From an uncultured delta proteobacterium (GTDB lineage: Bacteria; Desulfobacterota; Desulfarculia; JACQYL01; CAWGVV01): 64,000 nt of DNA. Each line of letters opens with the position of its first letter. Position 1 is the stretch's first letter. The notes beneath the pieces are model-generated. The model did no database searches, was not told the origin of the DNA, and saw only the letters and a list, made by a program, of their open reading frames with translations. Position numbers and translations under genes: made by a program. Shown one piece after another: positions 36,407 to 47,122 of this stretch. The DNA is taken from positions 1,232,635 through 1,296,634 of the forward strand of contig CAWGVV010000001.1 in NCBI GenBank assembly GCA_963826125.1, read 5' to 3'.

Positions 36407-37066
36407 ATGTCCAGGCACCTGCAGAGAGAAATCGATCAGATAAAAAGGACCATACTCGGTTTGTGCGCCGTGGTGGAAGACCGGGTAAGCATGGCCATCA
36501 AGGCAGTTCATGATCGGGACGCCGACATGGCGAATCAGGTGATCGAACTGGACCGGGAGATCGACGAGAAAGAGGTTGAAATTGAGGAAGAGTGCCTGAA
36601 GATCATGGCACTGCACCAGCCGGTGGCCATTGACCTGCGTTTCCTCGTGACGGTGATCAAGATCAACAGCGAACTCGAACGAATCGGAGATCAGGCCGTC
36701 AACGTATCCGAGCGGGTCGTCGTGCTCGCCCGTCGCGACCCCGTGGAAGTCAATTTCGATTACGCGGAAATGTGTGAGAAAACGCAGAAGATGCTGCACA
36801 TGAGTATCGATTCCCTGGTGCGGACCGACCTGGACGAGGCAGTCAGGGTAGTGCTCATGGACGACGACGTCGACAATCTGAAAAGAGAGATTTACGACAA
36901 GGTCAAGGACCTCATCCGATCGCACCCCGACCGGGTCGGGTATCTCATCAACCTCTTCCTGATTTCGCGCCATCTGGAACGAATCGCCGACCACGCCACC
37001 AACATCGCCCAGGAAGTGGTCTACCTCATCGAAGGAAAAATACACCGGCACACCGGCGACTGGTAG
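36407..37066 (+). CDS. phoU: Phosphate signalling complex protein PhoU
   Basis: Two PhoU repeats (…ELERIGDQAVNVSERV… and …HLERIADHATNIAQEV…). 219 aa. Confidence 0.9.
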   Translation: MSRHLQREIDQIKRTILGLCAVVEDRVSMAIKAVHDRDADMANQVIELDREIDEKEVEIEEECLKIMALHQPVAIDLRFLVTVIKINSELERIGDQAVNVSERVVVLARRDPVEVNFDYAEMCEKTQKMLHMSIDSLVRTDLDEAVRVVLMDDDVDNLKREIYDKVKDLIRSHPDRVGYLINLFLISRHLERIADHATNIAQEVVYLIEGKIHRHTGDW

Positions 37067-37132
37067 GACGCGGCATTTTGAGGTTCCGCCGGGCGACGGT
37101 GTCGGGCGGGCCCCACACCGTTTCGCTGGCTT

Positions 37133-37822
37133 TCACTCCTCCTTCAGCCGGTATCCCACGCCCGGAACCGTTTTGATGTACGCACCGCAGGGGCCGAGCT
37201 TGCGTCGCAACCCCACGATCTGCACGTCCACCGCCCGTTCTTCTACCGCGTAGTCGAGCCCGTGCACCGCATCCAATATCTGGCCGCGGGTGAATACCCA
37301 GCCCGGACGGCGTGCCAGAATGAGCAGAATCTGGTACTGCGTCGCCGTGAGGCTCACCTTTTCGTTCCGGACCGTCACTTCGTGCTGATTGAGGTCGAGG
37401 GCCAGGTCGTTGATCCGGATGACTGAGCCTTCGTCCCCTTCCGCGTAATACCGGCGGCGCAGAACGGCTTTCACGCGTGCCGTGAGAATACGCGGGCTGA
37501 AGGGCTTGACGATGTAATCGTCCGCCCCCAGTTCCAGCCCCGCCACCACATCGGCTTCCTCGCCCCGCGCGGAAAGCATGATGATGGGAATGCCCCCGGT
37601 GGAGGCGTCTTTCTTCAGCACCTTGGTGATCTCGAGACCGTTCACGTCCGGAAGCATGATGTCGAGAACGATCAGATCGGGCTTGTCCTTCTTTACGGTC
37701 TTGAGCGCTTCTTCGCCCGAGGCCACGCACGTCACGTGATATCCTTCCCGTTCCAGGTTGTACCGGACGAGTTCGAGGATATCCTCTTCATCATCGATTA
37801 CAAGTATTCTATCGGCAGGCAT
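37133..37822 (-). CDS. OmpR/PhoB-family response regulator
   Basis: Receiver (ILVIDDEEDILELV…DLIVLDIMLPDVNG…KPF) and winged-helix domain (…LTATQYQILLILARRPGWVFTRGQIL…GYRL). Confidence 0.85.
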   Translation of the reverse strand: MPADRILVIDDEEDILELVRYNLEREGYHVTCVASGEEALKTVKKDKPDLIVLDIMLPDVNGLEITKVLKKDASTGGIPIIMLSARGEEADVVAGLELGADDYIVKPFSPRILTARVKAVLRRRYYAEGDEGSVIRINDLALDLNQHEVTVRNEKVSLTATQYQILLILARRPGWVFTRGQILDAVHGLDYAVEERAVDVQIVGLRRKLGPCGAYIKTVPGVGYRLKEE

Positions 37823-38085
37823 AGGAGTGGATTCGAGAAACTTCTCCTCCGTTGAATAGTATGTGTGGATATTTTCCCACCGTAATATTTCCCCGTTCCG
37901 CATTCAAGTCGATTCTTCATCCCCACTCCATCCTACCGGATACCCGAACCCGTTACAACCGTCCGACTCGTTCGGCGCTTTCCTCCGCCATTGGACATCC
38001 GGTCGGTGACGTGCTAGGTTTTCCGTTCCTGAAAAGGCGCACAAAAAGCGCGCCCCGGCGGCCTAACCCGGACGAAAGGAACACG

Positions 38086-38802
38086 GTGCCCGAACGGATT
38101 CGGAAACAACCCGCTATAAGCGGCAGAGCAAAACGGTTGGGCATCCTCTGCCTGATGGTGCTTCCGGCGGCGCTGCTTCTGACGGCGGTCCAGGTGGCGG
38201 CCCTCAGATTTGTCGACCCGCCCTTCACTGCTCCCATGGTGTGGCATCGGCTTTCGACGCTCGTTTCCGGTGCCCCCTACCAGCGTCCCCTGTACGTCTG
38301 GAGAGACCTCGAAGCCATCTCGCCTTCCCTGAGAAAAGCGGTACAAGCCGCCGAAGACCAGCGGTTCCTGGATCACTTCGGCTTCGATTTCGTGGAAATG
38401 GCCAAGTCTCTGGAAGATTACGCGGAAGGAGAACGCCTCCGGGGGGCCAGCACCATTACCATGCAGACCGCCCGTTCCGTGTTCCTGTGGAACGGCAGGA
38501 GCTATGTCAGGAAAGCGTTGGAGGGTTGGTACACGCTTCTGCTTGAGCTGATGCTGAGCAAGCGGCGGATACTGGAAGTCTATCTCAACACGGTGGACTG
38601 GGGAGACGACGTTTACGGCGCCCAGGGTGCGGCCCGGACCTATTTCCACACCGACGCCGACAACCTTTCCGCATACCGCGCGGCCCTGCTGGCCGCCGTG
38701 CTCCCCAACCCGCACAAGTGGTCCCCCGCCCGCCCTACACGTTACCTGCGCGGCAGGCTGCAGAGGATACTGCGCGACATGCCGTCCATGCCCGCGTTCT
38801 GA
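38086..38802 (+). CDS. mtgA: Monofunctional biosynthetic peptidoglycan transglycosylase
   Basis: GT51 motifs EDQRFLDHFGFD, GASTITMQ, RRILEVYLNTVDWG. The start (GTG after AAAGGA) is uncertain; the TM segment is LGILCLMVLPAALLLTAV. Confidence 0.75.
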   Translation: MPERIRKQPAISGRAKRLGILCLMVLPAALLLTAVQVAALRFVDPPFTAPMVWHRLSTLVSGAPYQRPLYVWRDLEAISPSLRKAVQAAEDQRFLDHFGFDFVEMAKSLEDYAEGERLRGASTITMQTARSVFLWNGRSYVRKALEGWYTLLLELMLSKRRILEVYLNTVDWGDDVYGAQGAARTYFHTDADNLSAYRAALLAAVLPNPHKWSPARPTRYLRGRLQRILRDMPSMPAF

Positions 38803-38886
38803 TTTTCCCCCTCTCCGATCCGTATTGATAGTGGGGAGGTTTTCTCCTACAGTCACTCCGCGAACCCACGTGAAAGGAGCCTTTTC

Positions 38887-40167
38887 GTGGCAAAGGATTC
38901 AGCGGGAAAAGAAGCTCTTCAGTACCGGTACATCATCTGCCTCCTCATTTTCCTCAGCTACATAATGGTCTTCTTTCACCGGCTGTGTCCGGCGGTCATC
39001 GCCCTGGACGTTCAGCAGACGTTTCAGTTGAGCGGTCCGCTCCTGGGGGCGCTCGGGTCGGCCTATTTCTACCCGTACGCGATCATGCAGATTCCCGTGG
39101 GACTCCTTTGCGATTCCTGGGGGCCGCGAAAAGCGGTTTCCGCGTTTCTCCTGCTGGCCGCGGGTGGGTCGGTGCTCATGGGGCTGGCCCCCACCGTGGA
39201 GTGGGCCATCGTCGGCCGCATCCTGGTGGGTTTCGGGGTTTCAACCATCTTCGTGGCGAATTTCAAGGTGCTCGCCGAATGGTTCAAGCCGCGCGAATTC
39301 GTCGTGATGGGGGGGATATTCATGGCCATGGGCGGGCTCGGCGCGCTGACGGCCAGCACCCCCATGGCATGGCTCAGCGTATCCCTGGGGTGGCGCATGA
39401 CGTTGGTGACCATCGGCGCGGCCACCCTGGTGCTGGCGGTGCTGGATTATCTGTTCATCCGGGACAGCCCCCGCGACATGGGGCTTCCGCCGTTGATCCA
39501 CATCACCGACGGCCGGCGCGAACCGGAATATACGTTGTGGGAGGGGATAAAGCTGGTCGTCACGTCCGGAAGATCGTGGCCCCTTTCCATCTGGGCCTTT
39601 TTCTGCACCGGCATCTCGTTCGCCCTGGGAGGCTTGTGGGGCGGCCCCTACCTCATGGAAGTCTACGGCATGACCAAGCCGCAGGCCGGAAACGTCCTTT
39701 CCATGTTCGCTCTGGCCCTCATTTTCGGGGCCCCGTTCCTCGGGTGGGCCGTCAACCGTTGGGGAAGGAAACCCATTTTCATTGCCTGCAGCATCACGCT
39801 CATTGCGGTCTTCCTGGTCTTCACGCTCTTCACCGCACAGCTGCCCACGTACCTGCTCTACGTGCTCTGGTTCACTCTCAGCCTGGCAGGTGCGGCCATG
39901 GGGCCCATCACGGCCACGGTTTCCAAGGAACTTTTCCCCGTCACCATTGCCGGCACCTCGGTGGGCACCGTGAATATGTTCCCCTTCATCGGTGCGGCGC
40001 TGTTCCAGATCGCCACCGGCTCCCTCCTGGCGGGAGACGGCACGTCCGCGGCCTACTCCGTTGCGGGTTTCCAGAACATGTTTCTCATGTTCCTCGTCGG
40101 AGCGGTGATTTCGCTGGGGGCCGCTTTTCTCCTCAGGGAAACGCTGGATTCGGCCCGACGTTCATGA
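38887..40167 (+). CDS. MFS transporter
   Basis: 12-TM profile, GTG start after AAAGGAG. 426 aa. Confidence 0.8.
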   Translation: MAKDSAGKEALQYRYIICLLIFLSYIMVFFHRLCPAVIALDVQQTFQLSGPLLGALGSAYFYPYAIMQIPVGLLCDSWGPRKAVSAFLLLAAGGSVLMGLAPTVEWAIVGRILVGFGVSTIFVANFKVLAEWFKPREFVVMGGIFMAMGGLGALTASTPMAWLSVSLGWRMTLVTIGAATLVLAVLDYLFIRDSPRDMGLPPLIHITDGRREPEYTLWEGIKLVVTSGRSWPLSIWAFFCTGISFALGGLWGGPYLMEVYGMTKPQAGNVLSMFALALIFGAPFLGWAVNRWGRKPIFIACSITLIAVFLVFTLFTAQLPTYLLYVLWFTLSLAGAAMGPITATVSKELFPVTIAGTSVGTVNMFPFIGAALFQIATGSLLAGDGTSAAYSVAGFQNMFLMFLVGAVISLGAAFLLRETLDSARRS

Positions 40168-40199
40168 AAAAATGACCTGCAATCCCCCCACCTTCGGCA

Positions 40200-40217
40200 C
40201 CCCCTCAATCGAGGGGG
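40200..40217. terminator. GC hairpin CCCCCTC-aatc-GAGGGGG between convergent MFS and SDR genes
   Basis: 7-bp perfect stem read from the sequence. No U-tract. Confidence 0.3.
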
Positions 40218-40304
40218 CAGGGGGAGCTTTGCAGGGGCACGACACGAGAAATCCTTATAACCACATGCGAGAAAAAGGTTTCCGTCCGTGAGGCCGGTGA
40301 TAGT

Positions 40305-41243
40305 TCACGGCTTTTTCTTCCGTTCCTTTTCGGCCAGGGAAAACGCCTGAAACATGGGGAGGTATGCCGCCGTGGCGCTGGGAAACTCACGGGCGCCCTC
40401 CAGTGAAGCGATACAGGCCATTTGGGCCGCGACTTCCTCGGCCGAGGGAATCTCCTCTTTTCCGATGACGGCGATCTCCCTGCCCGTAACGATGGCGGCA
40501 CGATTGTAAACTCCCGGACCGGCGTTGAAGATCATCCCGTTCTCGGCGCATGCGGAGGAACAAAGATACGCCACCAGCGGTGCCGCATATTCCGGTTTCA
40601 GCTTGTCCATCAACTGGGAAGGCAAAATCCCCTCCGTCATGCGGGTGGCCGCGATGGGTGCGACGCAGTTGAATTTAATGTTGTACTTGTCGTTTTCCAA
40701 CCGCAGGGAGTTCATGAGCCCCACGAGTCCCAGCTTGGCCGCGGAATAGTTGGTCTGGCCGAAGTTGCCGTACAGCCCGGCCGCCGATGTCGCGAACACG
40801 ACCCTGCCGTACCCGGCCGCCCTCATGGCTACCACTGCGGGACGGGTGACGTTATAGGCCCCGTTCAGGTGCACGTCCACCACCGCCGTCCAGCCGTCGG
40901 GTTCCATTTTGGCGAAGCTTTTGTCGCGAAGAATTCCGGCGTTGTTGATGAGAATGTCCACCCTGCCGAACCGGGAAAGGGCGGTATCGATGATGGCCTT
41001 TCCGCCTCCGGGGGTGGTCACGGAATCATAACTGGCCGACGCCTCTCCCCCCAGTCCTCGGATTTCCTCCACCACCGCATCCGCCGCAAAGGAACCGGAG
41101 CCCGATCCGTCCCTTGCTCCGCCCAGGTCGTTTACCACCACCCCGGCCCCTCTTCCGGCCAGTTCGAGAGCGTACACTCTGCCCAGCCCGCCCCCGGCTC
41201 CGGTCACCACCGCCACCTGTCCGTCAAAACGTATCGGCGTCAT
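40305..41243 (-). CDS. Short-chain dehydrogenase/reductase (SDR; multifunctional-enzyme-2 dehydrogenase-like)
   Basis: VAVVTGAGGGLGRVYAL (TGxxxGxG), NNAG, Y…K (YSAAK). GGGAGG RBS. 312 aa. Confidence 0.85.
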   Translation of the reverse strand: MTPIRFDGQVAVVTGAGGGLGRVYALELAGRGAGVVVNDLGGARDGSGSGSFAADAVVEEIRGLGGEASASYDSVTTPGGGKAIIDTALSRFGRVDILINNAGILRDKSFAKMEPDGWTAVVDVHLNGAYNVTRPAVVAMRAAGYGRVVFATSAAGLYGNFGQTNYSAAKLGLVGLMNSLRLENDKYNIKFNCVAPIAATRMTEGILPSQLMDKLKPEYAAPLVAYLCSSACAENGMIFNAGPGVYNRAAIVTGREIAVIGKEEIPSAEEVAAQMACIASLEGAREFPSATAAYLPMFQAFSLAEKERKKKP

Positions 41244-41752
41244 CGCTTTGCCTCCCGTCAGGTTCGCTTCCGTCCTGTCCCATACCGGACGCGTGCTGCC
41301 GCCGCCCGTGTCCGGCGTTCGCCTCGAAAAGCCCGCCGTGCGCACGCTCCGCACCTGCGGAACCGTTCTGTCTGCGCGAATGGGTACACGACGATACGTT
41401 CACTATTCTCAACGGGAAGCTGTGCGTCAACGAAAATATTCGGGGTCGATACATGATGAAGGTTTGTCGCAAGGAAGACGTTCCGCGCGCGGGCGCCCCT
41501 CGCGGAATAGTAGGGAGGGATCGCGGAAACCGTCTCCGTACCAACGTTCGGGTATTGACAATGTGTTCGTTACGCGGAACTATGTATACTCACAATATCC
41601 GTTTATCCCGGATAAGAAATGAAGATTTTTTTCTCGCGCGGAAGCGATCCCCGTCACCGGATCGGGGGTGACCGGCAGACACTGCCGCTGACTGAAATTC
41701 CTTGACAGCAGTCGTATCCTGTGCAAGAAACATTTTTCACAAGGGGGAACAT

Positions 41753-42625
41753 ATGAGCTTCCAGAAGCGTTTGGCATCAGGAGAATTCGTTGTCCTCGCC
41801 GAGATGGACGTCCCCAAGGGAGTCGACATCTCTACCCTTGTATCCAATGTACGAAAGGTCAAAGGCCGCGTCGATGCCGTGGTGATTCCCGACATGAGCA
41901 ACGGCGTCATGAAAATGAGCGGTCTGGGAGCCAGTGTGCTGATGCAGCAGCAGGGTGTGGAAGCGGTCATGCAGATGTGCTGCAGGGACCGAAACCGCAT
42001 TGCGCTGCAGGGCGATCTGCTCTCCGCTCACGTTCTCGGTGTTCAGAACATCATTGCGGTGAAGGGCGACGATCTTTCCCAGGGAGATCAGATAGACGCC
42101 AAGCCCGTTGAGGATATCGACGAACTCGGACTCCTGGAAGCCATCCGGTCCATGCAGTCCGGCAAGGATCTCGCCGGTATCGAATTGAGCGGCAGCCCCT
42201 CCTTCACCGTGGGGTGCGTAATGCCTCCGGTCGCGGACGACGCGGCCCTGACGACGGAATTGGACCGCGCAAAAATGAAGATCGACGCGGGAGCGTCTTT
42301 CGTGATCGCTCCCCCGGTGTTCGACGCCGGAGACTTCGACGCTTTCCTCGCCAAGGCGAAGGGGCTCGGCGTACCGGTGATTCCCACCGTCTACCTTTTA
42401 AAGTCCGTGGGCATGGCCCGCTACATGAACACCAATATCCCCGGCATGCACGTGTCTGAAAATATTATTAAACGAATCCGTCAATCTTCGGATCGAGTAC
42501 ATGAGTGTGTGGTGATTGCCGGAGAGACGACAAAGGCGTTGAAAAAACACGCCCAGGGTGTGTATATCGTTACTCTCGGATGGGAATTCCGACTTCCCGC
42601 CATTCTGGACATCGCAGGAATCTGA
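41753..42625 (+). CDS. Methylenetetrahydrofolate reductase-like (MetF paralogue 1)
   Basis: MTHFR TIM-barrel family. AAGGGGGAAC RBS. 290 aa. Confidence 0.75.
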   Translation: MSFQKRLASGEFVVLAEMDVPKGVDISTLVSNVRKVKGRVDAVVIPDMSNGVMKMSGLGASVLMQQQGVEAVMQMCCRDRNRIALQGDLLSAHVLGVQNIIAVKGDDLSQGDQIDAKPVEDIDELGLLEAIRSMQSGKDLAGIELSGSPSFTVGCVMPPVADDAALTTELDRAKMKIDAGASFVIAPPVFDAGDFDAFLAKAKGLGVPVIPTVYLLKSVGMARYMNTNIPGMHVSENIIKRIRQSSDRVHECVVIAGETTKALKKHAQGVYIVTLGWEFRLPAILDIAGI

Positions 42626-42950
42626 ACGGACGTCGCACCATGCGGAACGCGGGGTTTCCCCCCCACGCCGGTGGTGCGGTCGCGTGCCGTCACGGGCATC
42701 GCCGGCGAATCCCTGAACAGCTTTTCCTCCGGTCTGTCTATAGTAAGGATGCGGCTGTTTTTTGTTTGCCTCCCTGCGGAAATGACGAGAGTAACTACGG
42801 CAAAAGCAGTTTGAAGCACGAATACATTCCGTACAATGTGGCGCTTATCGGGAACTGTTGACAAGGACCCTTTCCGGCCGCGTAGCATGGGAAATCCGGA
42901 AAATCCGCCGTCGGTTCCCCCCAACGAAAAGAACAATCAGGTAACTATCC

Positions 42951-45900
42951 ATGGATTTTGAAGAACATTCAGGCAAAGGCAATACGGTTCTGGTTATCGG
43001 AGGCGGCGTCGCCGGCATCAAGGCGTCGCTGGACCTCGCCGAAATGGGCAGAAACGTGGTACTCGTGGACAAGGCTCCGGCCATCGGGGGGCTGATGACC
43101 CTTTTGGACAGGACCTTCCCCACCAACAACTGCGACATGTGCACCATTTCTCCACATCTGGCTGCGAGCAACCGGGAGCTGCAAATCGACCTGCAGACCC
43201 TTTCCCAGGTGGAAAAGGTGGACGGAGAGGCGGGGAACTTCACCGTTACGGTGAAGACCAGTCCGCGCTACATCGATCTCGAAACGTGTACCGCTTGCGG
43301 CGACTGCCATAAACAGTTTCCCGAATGCGTGAGTTTCACTCCGGGGCTGGACGCCCGCGCTCCCACCTGCATGCGGTATCCGCAGGCTACCCCCTATGCC
43401 TTTTCCATCGACAAGGAGAAAGTGACCGATCCCGAGGCCCTCACCAAGGTGTGCCCGTTCGGTGCCATCAATCTCGAACAGGTCGAAACGGTGCGGGACA
43501 TCGAAGTCGGTTCCGTGATCGTGGCCGGGGGCGCTACGCTCTTCGATGCGGACCGGTTGCACAATTACGGCCATGCCGAGTATCCGAACGTCGTGACCGG
43601 GCTCGAGTACGAACGGATCATGTCCGCGTCCGGCCCCACGGGGGGATCGCTGGTCCGTCCGTCCGACAACAAACAACCGCAGAAGATCGCCTGGATCCAG
43701 TGCGCCGGTTCCCGCAACACCGGGAAGGACACCCTGCCCTACTGTTCGAGCGCGTGCTGCATGTACGCCCTCAAGGAAGCCATGGTCACCAAGGAGCGCT
43801 TCCAGAACGACATCGAAACCGTGATCTTCTACATGGATATGAGGACCTTCGGCAAGGATTACGAACTCTACCTGCAACGGGCCAAGGACGATTTCCACGT
43901 CCGGTTGGTGCGCAGTCGTCCCCATACGGTCGAACAGCACGCCGACAGCGGCGATCTTACCATCGCGTACACGCTGGACGGGTCCAGCAAGCCGGTGGTG
44001 GAGACGTTCGACATGGTGGTACTCTCCACCGGGTTTTGTACCACGCCCGAATTTGTCGACCTTTCCAAAAAGCTGGGGATCGAACTCAATAAATACAACT
44101 TCGTGCAGACCACGAGCTTTGAGCCCGTGGCGTCCTCCAAGAAGGGCGTCTACGTCTGCGGCCTGGTGGAAGCTCCCAAGGACATCCCGGAAACCATTGT
44201 CCAAGCCAGCGCTGCCGCGGCCAAGGCGGTCGGCCATCTAGCCGGCATCGGGGAAAAAGTGCAGCCGAGGGAAGAATTCCCGCCGGAACGCGACGTCACC
44301 GGCGAGGACCCGCGCATCGGCGTATTCCTCTGCGATTGTGGTTACAACATCGGCGGCGTCATCGACGTGAACGCGGTCAACGAGTACGCCGGTATTCTGC
44401 CCAATGTTGCGGTGGCCGAAATGGTGGGACACGGGTGCAGCATCGACGCCATGGAGCACATCCAGCAGACCATCCTGGACAAGAAACTCAACCGGGTGGT
44501 CATGGCGGCCTGTTCCCCGCGCACCCACGAGATGAAGTTTCAGGACATGATCCGCAATGTTGGGCTCAATAAATATCTGGTCGAAATGGCCAACCTGCGC
44601 GACCAGGACACCTGGGTGCATCAGAACGATCCCAAGGCAGCCACGGACAAAGCCAAGGACCTCGTCCGCATGGCGGTTGCCGGTTCCATGATGGCCCATC
44701 CGCTGCCGGACAACACGCTGCCCATGAACAAGAACATCCTGGTGGTCGGCGGCGGCGTCGCGGGCATGAACGCGGCCCTCAGCCTGGGCGACCGGGGGTA
44801 CAAGGTGCACTTGGTGGAACGGTCCAGGGAACTGGGCGGCTTGGCCAGGCTCATCCACAAGACCATCCAGGGCGAAAACGTTCCGGAATACGTATCCGCA
44901 CTCGTTGAACGGGTGAAGTCCAACGAGAACATAGAAGTCGTCACCAACGCGGTGGTGGTGGATCACACGGGTATCCCCGGCCGGTTCAGGACGGGCCTCC
45001 AGATCGGCCCCCAGATGTACTACCGGCAGATCGATCACGGCGTAACCATTCTGGCCACGGGCGCCATGCCCAACAGGCCGTCGGAATACCTCCTGGGACA
45101 GCACGGCGCGGTCATGAACCAGCTCGACCTCGACGGACTGCTCGAAGACGATGCGGAGAAGATCAAAAGCTGGCAGAACGTCGTCATGGTCCAGTGCGTG
45201 GGTTCCCGTGTACCGGAAAACCCCAATTGTTCGCGCATCTGCTGCCAGTCGGCAGTCAAGAATGCTTTGCGCATCAAGGCGCTCAATCCCGACGCCCAGA
45301 TTTTCATCCTCTATCGCGACATGCGTACCTACGGTTTCCTGGAGGATTACTACCGGGAAGCGCGGGAAAAGGGCGTCGTGTTCGTGCGCTACAGCACGGA
45401 CGCCAAACCGACGGTTGAACCCGACGGCAACGGGTTGTCGGTGATGTTCCGCGAACCCCTGCTGGACCGCGACATTCAGGTTGCCGCGGACGCTTTGGTG
45501 CTAAGCACCGGATTCGTGGCCGACGATGAAATGACCGAAGACCTGGCGGCGATTTTCCGCCTGCCCCGCACCCTGGACGGCTACTTCCTGGAAGACCACG
45601 TGAAGCTGCGTCCGGTTGACGTTTCCGTTCCCGGCTTCTTCATCGCCGGTACGGCTCACGCTCCCAAGTCCATCCGGGAGAGCATCTCCCAGGGACTGGC
45701 TACCGCGGCCCGAGCCCAGACCCTGCTCAACAAGGACGTCATCAATCTCGGCTCCGTGGTGGCGCGGGTGGACGGCAACAAGTGCGCGGCGTGCCTGATA
45801 TGCGTAAGGGCCTGTCCATTCGACGTACCCTTCATCAACGCGGACGGCTATTCGGAAATCGACCCGTCGGAATGTCGGGGCTGCGGCATCTGCGCGGCGG

Positions 45901-45989
45901 AGTGTCCGGCCAAGGCCATTCAGCTCCTGCAGTTTGAAGACGACAAAATCATGGCCAAACTCGAAGGACTTCTGGAAGGAATACTCTGA
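42951..45989 (+). CDS. hdrA: HdrA-like flavoprotein (heterodisulfide-reductase subunit A family), unusually long at 1012 aa with two FAD/NAD Rossmann motifs and C-terminal 2x[4Fe-4S] ferredoxin
   Basis: VLVIGGGVAGIKASLDLAEMG at the N-terminus and ILVVGGGVAGMNAALSLGDRG near residue 590. Cys clusters CxGCGxC…; C-terminal CAACLICVRACP…CRGCGICAAECP. Confidence 0.85.
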   Translation: MDFEEHSGKGNTVLVIGGGVAGIKASLDLAEMGRNVVLVDKAPAIGGLMTLLDRTFPTNNCDMCTISPHLAASNRELQIDLQTLSQVEKVDGEAGNFTVTVKTSPRYIDLETCTACGDCHKQFPECVSFTPGLDARAPTCMRYPQATPYAFSIDKEKVTDPEALTKVCPFGAINLEQVETVRDIEVGSVIVAGGATLFDADRLHNYGHAEYPNVVTGLEYERIMSASGPTGGSLVRPSDNKQPQKIAWIQCAGSRNTGKDTLPYCSSACCMYALKEAMVTKERFQNDIETVIFYMDMRTFGKDYELYLQRAKDDFHVRLVRSRPHTVEQHADSGDLTIAYTLDGSSKPVVETFDMVVLSTGFCTTPEFVDLSKKLGIELNKYNFVQTTSFEPVASSKKGVYVCGLVEAPKDIPETIVQASAAAAKAVGHLAGIGEKVQPREEFPPERDVTGEDPRIGVFLCDCGYNIGGVIDVNAVNEYAGILPNVAVAEMVGHGCSIDAMEHIQQTILDKKLNRVVMAACSPRTHEMKFQDMIRNVGLNKYLVEMANLRDQDTWVHQNDPKAATDKAKDLVRMAVAGSMMAHPLPDNTLPMNKNILVVGGGVAGMNAALSLGDRGYKVHLVERSRELGGLARLIHKTIQGENVPEYVSALVERVKSNENIEVVTNAVVVDHTGIPGRFRTGLQIGPQMYYRQIDHGVTILATGAMPNRPSEYLLGQHGAVMNQLDLDGLLEDDAEKIKSWQNVVMVQCVGSRVPENPNCSRICCQSAVKNALRIKALNPDAQIFILYRDMRTYGFLEDYYREAREKGVVFVRYSTDAKPTVEPDGNGLSVMFREPLLDRDIQVAADALVLSTGFVADDEMTEDLAAIFRLPRTLDGYFLEDHVKLRPVDVSVPGFFIAGTAHAPKSIRESISQGLATAARAQTLLNKDVINLGSVVARVDGNKCAACLICVRACPFDVPFINADGYSEIDPSECRGCGICAAECPAKAIQLLQFEDDKIMAKLEGLLEGIL

Positions 45990-46432
45990 TGGAACCATTT
46001 GAACCGGTAATCGTGGCCTTTTGCTGCCATTACTGCGCCTATACGGCGGCGGATATGGCGGGCAGTATGAGGCTGTGTTACCCGCCCAACGTCAAGATCA
46101 TCCGTGTGCCCTGCACGGGCAAGGTGGACGCCATCCATATCCTGCGGGCCCTGCAAAAAGGCGCCGACGGCGTTTACGTAGCGGGATGCCTGGAAGGCGA
46201 CTGCCATTTCAAGGACGGCAACCTGCGCGCAAAACGGCGGGTTGAGTATGTCCAAAAAATACTGGACGATATCGGCATCGGAAGCGAGCGTGTGGAGATG
46301 ATCACCATGTCGGCGGGAATGGGACAGCTCTTCGCCGACAGCGCCACCCGTTTTACGGAGAAAATCCGTTTGCTCGGGCCGAATCCGGTCAAGAACTATA
46401 CGGCCCGGCAGGCCACGGTAGCGGTCGGCTAA
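45989..46432 (+). CDS. mvhD: MvhD (F420-non-reducing hydrogenase delta subunit-like [2Fe-2S] electron-transfer protein)
   Basis: VIVAFCCHYCAYTAADMAG…RVPCTGKVD…AGCLEGDCHF. ATGA overlap with the hdrA stop. Confidence 0.85.
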   Translation: MEPFEPVIVAFCCHYCAYTAADMAGSMRLCYPPNVKIIRVPCTGKVDAIHILRALQKGADGVYVAGCLEGDCHFKDGNLRAKRRVEYVQKILDDIGIGSERVEMITMSAGMGQLFADSATRFTEKIRLLGPNPVKNYTARQATVAVG

Positions 46433-46453
46433 CAAGGCGATAAGGAGTCAGCT

Positions 46454-47122
46454 ATGATTACGGCTGTACGAAAACCCATGGAAGAAATCATTGCATACGT
46501 GAAGCCCTACCAGAGGATTCTGCTGGTGGGCTGCAACGAATGCGTAACGGTCTGCGCGGCCGGCGGCAGGAAGGAAGTCGGAATCCTCTCCTCTGCCCTG
46601 CAGATGGCGTTCCTCAAGGAAGGCAAGCGGCTGGAGGTCACGGAACACACGTTGGAACGGCAGTGCGATCCCGAATATGTGGAAGAACTGGTTTCCATGA
46701 TCGATCGCGCGGACGCGGTGGTGTCGATCGCCTGCGGGTGCGGCGTGCAGGAAGTGGCGCGAAGATTCAAGGAGAAGCCGGTGTTCCCCGGAGTCAACAC
46801 GACCTTCATGGGCGCGTCCGAGCGTCAGGGCGTGTGGGCCGAAAGGTGCCAGGGATGCGGAAACTGTCTTCTGGGCGTTACGGGCGGCGTCTGTCCCGTG
46901 GCTCGGTGTTCCAAGCGCATCTTCAACGGCCCCTGCGGAGGCTCCACCAAGGGCAAGTGTGAGGTAAGCCCGGACATCGACTGCGCATGGCAGCTGATCT
47001 GGGACCGGATGGTAGCCCTGAACATGGTGGACACGTACGAAAACATCGTCGAAGCCAGAGACTGGAGAACCAGTCGTGACGGCGGACCGAGAAAAATCAT
47101 CAGAGAGGACTTAGCACAGTGA
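46454..47122 (+). CDS. metV: MetV (Cys-rich small subunit of MetVF methylene-THF reductase)
   Basis: Cys-rich (CNEC…C, CGCG, CQGCGNC, CPVARC, CGGSTKGKC). AAGGAG RBS. 222 aa. Confidence 0.75.
   Translation: MITAVRKPMEEIIAYVKPYQRILLVGCNECVTVCAAGGRKEVGILSSALQMAFLKEGKRLEVTEHTLERQCDPEYVEELVSMIDRADAVVSIACGCGVQEVARRFKEKPVFPGVNTTFMGASERQGVWAERCQGCGNCLLGVTGGVCPVARCSKRIFNGPCGGSTKGKCEVSPDIDCAWQLIWDRMVALNMVDTYENIVEARDWRTSRDGGPRKIIREDLAQ

Noticed and set aside
38985-40175. 396-aa plus-strand ORF in an alternative frame of the MFS gene
   Set aside because: Pro/Arg/Gly-rich junk. The 38887 frame gives a proper 12-TM hydrophobic profile.
42969-45104. 422-aa and 288-aa minus-strand ORFs
   Set aside because: Antisense to hdrA.
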